Positions 10,134 through 17,793 of a DNA stretch of 64,000 nt are shown here, one piece after another. The stretch spans positions 18,208 to 82,207 of the forward strand of contig JADZBH010000066.1 of the NCBI GenBank assembly GCA_020852175.1, read 5' to 3'. Position numbers and translations under genes: made by a program. Position 1 is the stretch's first letter; each line of letters opens with the position of its first letter. The DNA comes from Bryobacterales bacterium. GTDB lineage: Bacteria; Acidobacteriota; Terriglobia; Bryobacterales; Bryobacteraceae. The notes under the pieces are model-generated. The model made no database searches. It worked only from the letters and a program-made list of their open reading frames with translations, and was not told the origin of the DNA.

Positions 10134-11705
10134 ATGAAACGAGTGGGACGGCGGGGGCTATTACAGGCTGGTTTCGGCGCCGCGCTGGCGGCGGGAGTTG
10201 CGGGGCAGGCCAGGGCCGATGTGCCTACGCATCGCTGGGACGGCTACGATTTCGGCCCTGGACCGCGCGTGACAGACCGGCTGAACCAGGGTCCGTTCGG
10301 CATCGAGCAGGACGACGGCTGGTATACCGTGGCGGCGGCCTCGCCCTCGAAGAAACCGGTGCGGAACTTCGGCTGCGGGCTGGTGGGATACACATGGGAG
10401 GAGAAGGGACCGTCTCTGGCGGCGCGGCGTGGCGCGGAGACGCTGGAGCAGCATGTGGAAAGGATGGCGTCGCTGCCGTTCGTCAGCGTCCTTTACATCC
10501 GCTGCGACTGGCGCGATGTGCAGCGCCGGTCAGGACGGCTGGATCTGCACCCGGTATTCGGGCTGACGCTGGACGCCGCGCGCCGGCGCGGACTACGCGT
10601 AGCCTTCCGGATTCAGTTGTCCAACGAGGCGTTCCAACCGGAGCGTCTGGCCATGCCCGATTTCGTGGCGGCCAAGGTGCCCTCTGTCTCCATCGGACGC
10701 ACCGCCCGCGCCCAGTTCGACTACCGCGAGCCTATGTATCACCACCCTGAGTTCATGAAGGCATTCCGCGATTTGACCGAACTGCTGGCAGCGGAGTTCG
10801 ATGGGAACCCGGCGATGGAATTCATGGACCTGATGCAGTACGGCTTCTGGGGCGAGGGTCACACATCGAACCTGCCCAGCCCGTTTCCCGACTACCTGAC
10901 CGCCGAGCGCACCTGCATGGAGATGACCCGCCTGCAACTGGAGGCCTTCCGCCGCTGCCAGTTGGCAGTGAACACACAGCCGGACATCAGCCGCACAGGC
11001 AACCGCGAGGTCATCGACATGGCCGTGCGCGCGGGTTGCTGGCTGCGGTCGGACAGCATCCTGTTCGACGAACCGGAGCAGATCGAGGCGTTATCGAACC
11101 GTCCGGCATGGCTCGCAACGATCATGGAGGACGGCTATTTCCGCCAGTACCAGGTGGACGGAAACTATCTGCCGGTAGATGAAGCGGGCGTGAACCGGCT
11201 GGAGTTATCCATGCTTCACACGCTGGATCTGGGGGCGAACTATTGGGGGCTGTGGACGGAATCGGCGAACCTGAGGCGCTATAACGAGCGTTACCCCGAG
11301 GGGTTCGCGGCGCTGGAAGAGCGAATGGGCTACCGTCTGCGGCCTTCCTGGATCTGGCAGCGGAAGCGTCTGGGAGCGCGTGAGTTCATCGTGGCCGTGG
11401 CCAACGACGGCGTGGCGTCCGCGCCGGGCGTGATACGGTTGACGCTACGCGACCCGGAAGGAAGTTTCCGGCTGGAGGGCTCGTTAGACGCCGGACACCC
11501 CCACGGCGGGCGCCTGCGGCAGGCATCGTTGCTGGTGCCGCGCGAGGTGACGGCCAGGAAACTGCACCTGACGGCGGAGCTCGAATCCAAAGGGGGCGTC
11601 CGCCATCCGGTTCGTTGGGCGTGCGCCCAGCCGTTGGCCGGTGACGGCGCGTTTGTCATCCCGGTGAAGGACGAGGCGGACGCGGACTGGAGGAAGAATG
11701 TGTAA
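10134..11705 (+). CDS. Tat-exported protein of unknown function (weak glycoside-hydrolase-like TIM-barrel hints)
   Basis: Twin-arginine leader MKRVGRRGLLQAGFGAALAAGVAGQARA. Long ORF with coding-like composition. Only weak GH-type hints (SVLYIRCDWRDVQ, YGFWGEGH). I do not recognise the family by eye. Confidence 0.6.
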   Translation: MKRVGRRGLLQAGFGAALAAGVAGQARADVPTHRWDGYDFGPGPRVTDRLNQGPFGIEQDDGWYTVAAASPSKKPVRNFGCGLVGYTWEEKGPSLAARRGAETLEQHVERMASLPFVSVLYIRCDWRDVQRRSGRLDLHPVFGLTLDAARRRGLRVAFRIQLSNEAFQPERLAMPDFVAAKVPSVSIGRTARAQFDYREPMYHHPEFMKAFRDLTELLAAEFDGNPAMEFMDLMQYGFWGEGHTSNLPSPFPDYLTAERTCMEMTRLQLEAFRRCQLAVNTQPDISRTGNREVIDMAVRAGCWLRSDSILFDEPEQIEALSNRPAWLATIMEDGYFRQYQVDGNYLPVDEAGVNRLELSMLHTLDLGANYWGLWTESANLRRYNERYPEGFAALEERMGYRLRPSWIWQRKRLGAREFIVAVANDGVASAPGVIRLTLRDPEGSFRLEGSLDAGHPHGGRLRQASLLVPREVTARKLHLTAELESKGGVRHPVRWACAQPLAGDGAFVIPVKDEADADWRKNV

Positions 11706-11758
11706 GCGATAGACATTTGCGTTTGCTTTTTATTGCTTTCGTTTGACATAATCGGAGT

Positions 11759-12991
11759 TTGGAGTGTATGGGTACAAGTCCGATAACCGGATCGTCCCTT
11801 TTGGACGGTTTGATCCGATCAGGGAGCGAGGCGGCACGCCTCATGGAGGGTGGCAGCCAGAGGATGGGCGCGGGGTTTCTCCACACGCTGCGCGAGATTT
11901 GCCAGCAGCCCGAGACCTGGCGTGACACGTCGCACAGGATGGCGGGCAAGGCGGAGGCGATACGCGGCGTGCTGGCCGGGGCGCGGTCGCTGACTCTCAC
12001 CGGGTCGGGCAGTTCGGAGTATGCCGGCGAGTGCGTGCGGCTAGCTTTGCAGCACGACCTGGCCATCGACTGCCAGACGCTGAGCGGCGGTACGATTCTG
12101 ACCCATGGCGCGACGGCGCTGCCGAAGGGGCGTCCCGGCGTAATGGTTTCCCTGGCGCGTTCCGGCGATAGTCCCGAGAGCGTGGGTGCACTGCGCCTGG
12201 TGCGTGCCGCGGAACCCGGCGTGCGGCACCTGGTTCTCACCTGTAACGAACGGGGCAGCCTGGCGCGCGAGGTCGATGGCGCCCATGTAGTAACGCTGGA
12301 CGAGCGGACCAATGACCGCAGCCTGGTGATGACCAGCAGTTTCACGAACTTGAGTCTGGCGGCTCGCTTCCTGGGCTTTGCGGACACGGAGGAAGCCTCG
12401 GCGCGGTATACGGAGTTGTGCCGGCAACTGGCAGCGAGCGCCGAACGGCTGATTTCGACGGAATTCGACTCCCTGGCGCGGGTGGCCCGGCTGCCGTTCC
12501 GAAGGGCGGTGTTTCTTGGCAGCGGCGAGCGTCATGGCGCGGCGCGCGAGGCGGCGCTGAAGATGCTCGAAATGACGGCGGGGCGCATACCGGCCATGGC
12601 GGAATCCTTCCTCGGGCTACGGCATGGCCCGATGGCTTATGTGCAAGGCGACACGCTGCTCGTGTGCTTTCTCTCCACGGGCGCCACCATGCGGCGTTAT
12701 GAACGCGACCTGGTGGCGGAACTGAACGAGAAAGGGATTGGCGTGGCGAAACTGCTGGTGGGCGAGGAGGTGCCGGACGAACTGCTGGGACCCCAGGACC
12801 ACCGCATCGAAATGCCGGGACTGAGCGCCCTCGGCGACGCCAATTCGGCGGTGCTCCATGTGGTGGTGGGCCAGTTGCTGGCTTTTTTCCGCTGCCTGGA
12901 CGAGGGACTTGAGCCGGACTCGCCTTCCAAGGACGGCGTGATCAACCGTGTGGTGAACAGCTTCAAGATTCATAGCCTGGCGGCGCAATGA
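11759..12991 (+). CDS. SIS-domain sugar-phosphate isomerase/deaminase (AgaS-like)
   Basis: IxxQP motif near the N-terminus (LREICQQPETW) and SIS signature LTGSGSSEYAG, with a second SIS half (FLGSGERHGAAREAALKMLE). The true start is probably ATG 11843 or 11864, because a TTGACA box sits at 11743. The stop overlaps the next gene's ATG (ATGA at 12988). Confidence 0.75.
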   Translation: MECMGTSPITGSSLLDGLIRSGSEAARLMEGGSQRMGAGFLHTLREICQQPETWRDTSHRMAGKAEAIRGVLAGARSLTLTGSGSSEYAGECVRLALQHDLAIDCQTLSGGTILTHGATALPKGRPGVMVSLARSGDSPESVGALRLVRAAEPGVRHLVLTCNERGSLAREVDGAHVVTLDERTNDRSLVMTSSFTNLSLAARFLGFADTEEASARYTELCRQLAASAERLISTEFDSLARVARLPFRRAVFLGSGERHGAAREAALKMLEMTAGRIPAMAESFLGLRHGPMAYVQGDTLLVCFLSTGATMRRYERDLVAELNEKGIGVAKLLVGEEVPDELLGPQDHRIEMPGLSALGDANSAVLHVVVGQLLAFFRCLDEGLEPDSPSKDGVINRVVNSFKIHSLAAQ

Positions 12992-13911
12992 GGGTCCTGG
13001 CCGCCGGAGAACTCAACGTCGACCTCGTGCTCAGCGGCTGTGACTCGTTTCCCGAGCTTGGCCGGGAGGTGCTGGCCGCCGGCATGTCGCTGACCCTGGG
13101 CAGTTCGTCGGCCATCTGCGCCGCGGCGCTGGCCACCCTGGGCGTGCCGGTAACCTTCGTGGGCCGCGCCGGGTGCGACCTGTGGGGCGATCTGGCCGTG
13201 AGCCGTTTGCACGAGTTGGGCGTCGACACGGCGCCCGTCATTCGCGATGCGAACGTGCCAACGGGAATTACCGTCTCCATCTCGTCCGCGCTGGACCGGG
13301 CGATGGTGACTTATCTCGGCTCGATCGCCGCCTTGACGGCGGATGACATCGAGGTGGAGAGGTTTGCACGCGCGGGCGTGACACACCTGCATGTCTCTTC
13401 CTACTATTTGCAGCGAGGCTTGCGTCCGGGCCTGCGGCGGCTGTTCGCCGCGGCGCATGGCGCGGGAATGACGACCTCGCTCGACCCCGGATGCGACCCC
13501 GAGGGGAAGTGGGACCGCTACGGCATACTCGATGTGCTGCGTGAGGTGGACATCTTTTTTCCCAATGCCGGAGAGTTGCGGGCCATCGCGGGGGTGGAAG
13601 ATGAGACAGAGGCCCTGCGGCGGTTAAGCACGGCACGAATGGTGGCGGCGAAACTGGGGCCGCAAGGGGCGGTGGTCTTCTCGGGCGGCGGGATCACGCG
13701 CCAGGAGGCGCTTCCCGTGGAACCCGTGGACACCACCGGCGCGGGCGATGCTTTTAACGCTGGATTCCTGGCATCGTGGTTGCGGGATCACGATACCAGT
13801 CAGGCTCTGCTTTGGGGCGCAGCCTGCGGCGCCTTGTCCACGCGCGGCGTGGGCGGAACGGCGGCGCTGCCATCGAGCGGCGAAGTGGACGCGTTTCTGC
13901 GGCGGGCGTAG
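12988..13911 (+). CDS. PfkB-family carbohydrate kinase
   Basis: Ribokinase-fold signatures including C-terminal DTTGAGDAFNAGF. ATGA overlap with the upstream SIS gene indicates translational coupling. Confidence 0.85.
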   Translation: MRVLAAGELNVDLVLSGCDSFPELGREVLAAGMSLTLGSSSAICAAALATLGVPVTFVGRAGCDLWGDLAVSRLHELGVDTAPVIRDANVPTGITVSISSALDRAMVTYLGSIAALTADDIEVERFARAGVTHLHVSSYYLQRGLRPGLRRLFAAAHGAGMTTSLDPGCDPEGKWDRYGILDVLREVDIFFPNAGELRAIAGVEDETEALRRLSTARMVAAKLGPQGAVVFSGGGITRQEALPVEPVDTTGAGDAFNAGFLASWLRDHDTSQALLWGAACGALSTRGVGGTAALPSSGEVDAFLRRA

Positions 13912-13923
13912 TTGAGGTAGTGT

Positions 13924-13999
13924 TGGAGCCCCCCGCCGGATTCGAACCGGCGACCTACTGATTACAAATCAGTTGCTCTACCAACTGAGCTAGGGAGGC
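13924..13999 (-). tRNA. tRNA-Thr (anticodon UGU), CCA encoded
   Basis: Hand-folded 76-nt cloverleaf: GCCTCCC TA GCTC AGTTGGTA GAGC A ACTGA TTTGTAA TCAGT AGGTC GCCGG TTCGAAT CCGGC GGGGGGC T CCA. 7-bp acceptor stem (one G-U pair), anticodon loop TT-TGT-AA, canonical T-loop GGTTCGAATCC. Confidence 0.9.
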
Positions 14000-14010
14000 C
14001 CTTCCTTCTC

Positions 14011-14040
14011 ATTATGGAGCAGCCGCGGCATGGATTCCAA
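14011..14040 (-). promoter_or_regulatory. Candidate sigma70-type promoter for tRNA-Thr (TTGGAA-N18-CATAAT on the minus strand)
   Basis: On the minus strand, TTGGAA (14035..14040), an 18-nt spacer and CATAAT (14011..14016), 12 nt upstream of the tRNA 5' end. Motif match only. Confidence 0.3.
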
Positions 14041-14100
14041 GCGGCGCGGAGGGGCCCGCCATCCACCCGTCCGTGACACGGGCTGAGTATACTGCCACTC

Positions 14101-15051
14101 ATGCACCGACGTCACTTTCTGGGCGCCCTCGCGCAAGCCGCGCCGGCCCTTGCACTGCAACAGTCCTCTTTGCGCACGGCTCCTGACTCCTACGACGATC
14201 ATGGAGGCGTCGTCATCGAGCGTCCGGCCGGAGGAAAGCCGCACGCCGGCAAGGTGCTCGCGCTGATTCAACCGCACTCGGACGATCTGCCGATCTTCGC
14301 GGCGGGCACCGCCTTCAAGCTCATCGACGAAGGGTACACGGCCTTCCTGATCCGCGTGACCAACGACGATATGGCGGGCCCCGGCTGGTACGCCGAAACG
14401 GTCACCGCCAACCAGCGCGACAACACCGCCGTCGCCAGGGTGTTCGGATGCAAGCAGGCATTCGACCTCAACTACAACAACCACATGATGGATAACATCG
14501 CGCGCTCGGAACTCCGGCAGCGGTTCATCTTTCTGTTCCGCCTGCTGAAAGCGGACACGGTGATTTGTTACGATCCCTGGGGCCACTACGAAGAGAACCC
14601 CGACCACTATGTGACGGCCGCCTGCGTGGAGGCTGCGTGTTGGATGGCGGGCGGCTCCAAGGATTATCCGGAGCACTTCGCGGCGGGCTTGCAACCTCAC
14701 GCCGTACGCGAGAAGTACTATTTTTCGCGGTTCCAGCAGCGGGTGAATCGCGTCGTTGATATCGCCAGCACGGTGGAACGGAAGATCGACGTGAATCTGG
14801 AGAACAAGGCGCAGGGGCCGGCCGGGGAAAATGGGGCGCGGTTGCGCCAGAGACTGGAGCGGGAGGGCAAGCGCCTGCCCCTGCTCGGCACAAACGATGC
14901 CGAGGCCAACCGCAATTACATCCGTGAGTTTGTCCTGAACCGCGACAGCGAGATCGCGCGGCGCTACGGCTTGCAATGGGCCGAACAGTTTCACTACATC
15001 GGTCCGGAGGAGGATCGCGTCAACCAGCACATCCGCGAGCACGCGCGATAG
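14101..15051 (+). CDS. LmbE/PIG-L family N-acetylglucosaminyl deacetylase with twin-arginine leader
   Basis: Leader MHRRHFLGALAQAAPALALQ. PIG-L motif IQPHSDDLPIF, then VTNDDMAG and a second His/Asp cluster ENPDHYVTAAC. Confidence 0.8.
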   Translation: MHRRHFLGALAQAAPALALQQSSLRTAPDSYDDHGGVVIERPAGGKPHAGKVLALIQPHSDDLPIFAAGTAFKLIDEGYTAFLIRVTNDDMAGPGWYAETVTANQRDNTAVARVFGCKQAFDLNYNNHMMDNIARSELRQRFIFLFRLLKADTVICYDPWGHYEENPDHYVTAACVEAACWMAGGSKDYPEHFAAGLQPHAVREKYYFSRFQQRVNRVVDIASTVERKIDVNLENKAQGPAGENGARLRQRLEREGKRLPLLGTNDAEANRNYIREFVLNRDSEIARRYGLQWAEQFHYIGPEEDRVNQHIREHAR

Positions 15052-15109
15052 GAAGCCAGGCAGCGCCGCGAGGATTGGGAGTCCGCGGGTTTCCGCGCCC
15101 CCGGGTTTC

Positions 15110-15138
15110 TTGACACCACCGCCGCTTCCCGGTAGGCT
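15110..15138 (+). promoter_or_regulatory. Candidate sigma70-type promoter upstream of the sialidase gene (TTGACA-N17-TAGGCT)
   Basis: TTGACA 15110..15115, 17-nt spacer, TAGGCT 15133..15138, 43 nt before the TTG start at 15181. Motif match only. Confidence 0.3.
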
Positions 15139-15180
15139 GGCCGCATCATCGCCAACCGGCCCCACGCTGCGGCACTCCCC

Positions 15181-16269
15181 TTGAACCGGCGAACTTTCCT
15201 GCTGGCCTCCGTGCCCATGCTTGTCCATGGACAGACTCGCACGCCCGAACAGGTTGACCTGTTCGAGCACGGCTTTGCCGGCGTGCACACCTACCGGATT
15301 CCGGCGTTGATCCAGACCCGCCAGGGCACACTGCTGGCGGTTGCCGACGCCCGGCACGACGGCGGCCAGGACCTGCCCGCGCGCATCTCGCTTGTGGCCC
15401 GGAAGAGCAGCGATCTGGGCCGCACATGGAGCCCTCAGTCCACGATAGTCCGAGTGCCCGAAGGCGGAGCGGGCGATGCCTCGCTTCTGCTGGATGCCCG
15501 CGGACGCCTCTGGTGTTTTTACGCCTATGGACCGCCGGGCATCGGGTTCCGGACCGCCAAGCCTGGTCCTCTCACTGGTCCCGAGGTCCTTCAGGTTCAT
15601 GCCATAGTGAGCGGCGACGGCGGCTCCACCTGGAGCGCGCCCGCCGATCTGACGCCACAATTGCGCGACCCGTCCTGGTACGCCCTCTTCCCCACTTCGG
15701 GCACCCACTTCGTGACTTCGAGCGGCCGCCTGCTGCTGCCGCTGGTCGTGCAGGACGGCGAAAAGAAGATCACCGCGCGCAACGCTTATAGCGACGACGA
15801 CGGGCGTACGTGGAAAGTTGGTCCCGCCGTGGCGCCTGAGACCGATGAGAGCAAGGCGATCGAGATCGCGGGCGGCGTTGTGCTACAGAATGCGCGCAAC
15901 GGAGGGCGGCGGTTGGTGGCGCGGTCAAGGGATGGCGGCGTTACGTTTTCAGAAGCGGCTCATGACGAGGCGCTGCCCGATGCGGGCTGTAACGCGGGCC
16001 TGGCGCGTTACCGCCACCGGGGACGCGATCTGCTGCTGTTCACCAATGCCGCCAGCACACGCCGCGAAAATCTGACCATCAAGGCCAGCGCCGACAGCGG
16101 ACGCACCTGGACCTCGGGCCGGACGATTCATGCCGGACCATCCGCCTATTCCACCGTCATCTCGCTGCGGGACGGGTCCATCGGCGTCTTGTATGAACGC
16201 GGCGGCGAGTCTCCTTATGAGCGGATCACTTTCGTCCGGCTCAGCCTGGACTGGGTTCTCGGCCGTTGA
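15181..16269 (+). CDS. Exo-alpha-sialidase (GH33)
   Basis: TTG start gives the leader MNRRTFLLASVPMLVHGQ. RIP motif (HTYRIPALIQTRQGTLLAVADAR). Five Asp-boxes (SSDLGRTW, SGDGGSTW, SDDDGRTW, SRDGGVTF, SADSGRTW). Confidence 0.9.
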   Translation: MNRRTFLLASVPMLVHGQTRTPEQVDLFEHGFAGVHTYRIPALIQTRQGTLLAVADARHDGGQDLPARISLVARKSSDLGRTWSPQSTIVRVPEGGAGDASLLLDARGRLWCFYAYGPPGIGFRTAKPGPLTGPEVLQVHAIVSGDGGSTWSAPADLTPQLRDPSWYALFPTSGTHFVTSSGRLLLPLVVQDGEKKITARNAYSDDDGRTWKVGPAVAPETDESKAIEIAGGVVLQNARNGGRRLVARSRDGGVTFSEAAHDEALPDAGCNAGLARYRHRGRDLLLFTNAASTRRENLTIKASADSGRTWTSGRTIHAGPSAYSTVISLRDGSIGVLYERGGESPYERITFVRLSLDWVLGR

Positions 16270-16305
16270 GGGAACCGGAGGCGCACCTCCCGCGTTCGCA
16301 TCCAC

Positions 16306-17568
16306 TCAGTGCCCCATGGGAGCAGGGCTGCTGTCCTCGTGAATGGGCCGGATGAGCAGCACCAGCCACAACGAGAAGAGCGAGACGGCCGCCACGGCGG
16401 CGAACGTCACATGGAGCGGCACGCCGGCATCGCGCGACACGCCGAAGCCCAGGTCGGCCAGCCCGCCAAAGCTGATGCTGACCAGGTTCATGACGCCGTA
16501 GGCGGAAGCACGCAAGGGCGGCCTCACGATCTGGCACAGAATCGGCATGTTGTTGGTGTCGAACGCGCCGTAGCCCGCGCCGAAAACCACCAGCGAGAGG
16601 ATCGCCACGCTAAGTTGCCCCGTCATCGGAGACAACCCCACGCCGGCCAGGGAAACCACGATTAAAGCCATGCCGATAGCGCTGGTATAAATCCTTCCCC
16701 GGATGGTTCGCTTCATCCAACGGTCCGCCAGCCAGCCGCTGCACAGCGCCGCCGCCACCGCCGCCAGCATCCAGTAGAGAGTCGCCGACACGCCTGCCTG
16801 CCCCTGCCCGATGCCAAATTCAGTCTTCAGGATGGCCGGCATCCAATCCCGCACGATCCATGCCGCCATCGCGGGCAGCGTGAAGTAGGTGACGAGAAGC
16901 CGGAACGAGCGGTTGCCCAGCAGTTCCCGCAAGGCCGAGCCCGGCGATGGCTGCGCGTCGCCCGACTGCGCCACCACCGGACGGCGCGTGTCCCGAAGTA
17001 ACAAGTAGAGAGGAACCGCGTACATCACGCCAACCACGCCGCAGATATCGAACATCCAGCGCCAACCTAGTTCCGGATGGTCCGCCGCGTAGCCGCTGAA
17101 ACCCCCGATGATCACGCCCGCGTAGATTCCCATCTGGTGCATGCCCACGGCGCGCGACCGCGTTGGTCCGGTATGGTAATCCGATATGAGTGCCAGCGCC
17201 GCGGGAATATAGAACGCCTCGCTGACGCCCATCACCGCGCGCGTGAGGAGCAATTGCTCATAGCTGCCCACATGGCCGGTCAGCCAGGTGACGGCCGACC
17301 ACACCAGCAGACTTCCGGCGATGACCTTCCGCCGGCTGTAACGGTCCGCCAGATACCCGCCCAGGGGGCTCAGGAAGGCGTAGGTCCACTTGAACAGCGC
17401 CAGGATCTTGCCCCAATTCGCTTCAGTCCCGATGCTCGGAATGTCGGACATCAGGGAGAACTTCATGGCCGCCAGCATCTGGCGGTCCAGGTAGTTCAGC
17501 AAGGCGACGGGGACCAGCAGCGCGACTACCAGCCACGCATACCGTGAAGTTGTCTCGGAAAGTTGCAT
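16306..17568 (-). CDS. MFS transporter (anionic-sugar/sialate-type by context)
   Basis: Track ORF 16306..17649. ATG at 17568 (MQLSETTSRYAWLVVALLVPVALLNYLDRQ) fits the typical MFS N-terminus. About 12 hydrophobic segments and the MFS loop motif GGYLADRYSRRKV. Confidence 0.8.
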   Translation of the reverse strand: MQLSETTSRYAWLVVALLVPVALLNYLDRQMLAAMKFSLMSDIPSIGTEANWGKILALFKWTYAFLSPLGGYLADRYSRRKVIAGSLLVWSAVTWLTGHVGSYEQLLLTRAVMGVSEAFYIPAALALISDYHTGPTRSRAVGMHQMGIYAGVIIGGFSGYAADHPELGWRWMFDICGVVGVMYAVPLYLLLRDTRRPVVAQSGDAQPSPGSALRELLGNRSFRLLVTYFTLPAMAAWIVRDWMPAILKTEFGIGQGQAGVSATLYWMLAAVAAALCSGWLADRWMKRTIRGRIYTSAIGMALIVVSLAGVGLSPMTGQLSVAILSLVVFGAGYGAFDTNNMPILCQIVRPPLRASAYGVMNLVSISFGGLADLGFGVSRDAGVPLHVTFAAVAAVSLFSLWLVLLIRPIHEDSSPAPMGH

Positions 17569-17793
17569 GTATTGTGTCCTCGCCGTGGCGGTCCGGCCGC
17601 GGCGATATACTCGAGCCTGTGAGCCGATCTCCTCTTTCCGGCCCTCCACCCGAAGGCGCTTCTCAAGCCATCCCGCGGCCGCCCAAGCAATTCGATGCAG
17701 CGCGGGAGCTTTTCCCGGCCAGGAGGAGAGGCGTCAGCCAGTCTACCATTGGGGAGGCGGCCTCCTGAACCTGCGGCAGGCAATGATAAAGCC

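Noticed and set aside
13924-13999. tRNA-Thr as an integration site marking a genomic island boundary
   Set aside because: I saw no integrase, transposase or phage gene, no direct repeat of the tRNA 3' end, and no visible compositional break on either side. The flanking genes are functionally related glycan genes.
13990-15708. 572-aa ORF on the minus strand spanning the tRNA edge, the LmbE gene, an intergenic region and part of the sialidase gene
   Set aside because: It is antisense to two genes with clear family motifs. Its composition is Arg/Gly/Ala/Pro-rich with no recognisable domain. This is a typical stop-free antisense frame in GC-rich DNA.
16277-16290. GGAGGCGCACCTCC hairpin between the convergent sialidase and MFS genes as a bidirectional terminator
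   Set aside because: The stem is only 5 bp and has no flanking T/A tracts, which is too weak to call.
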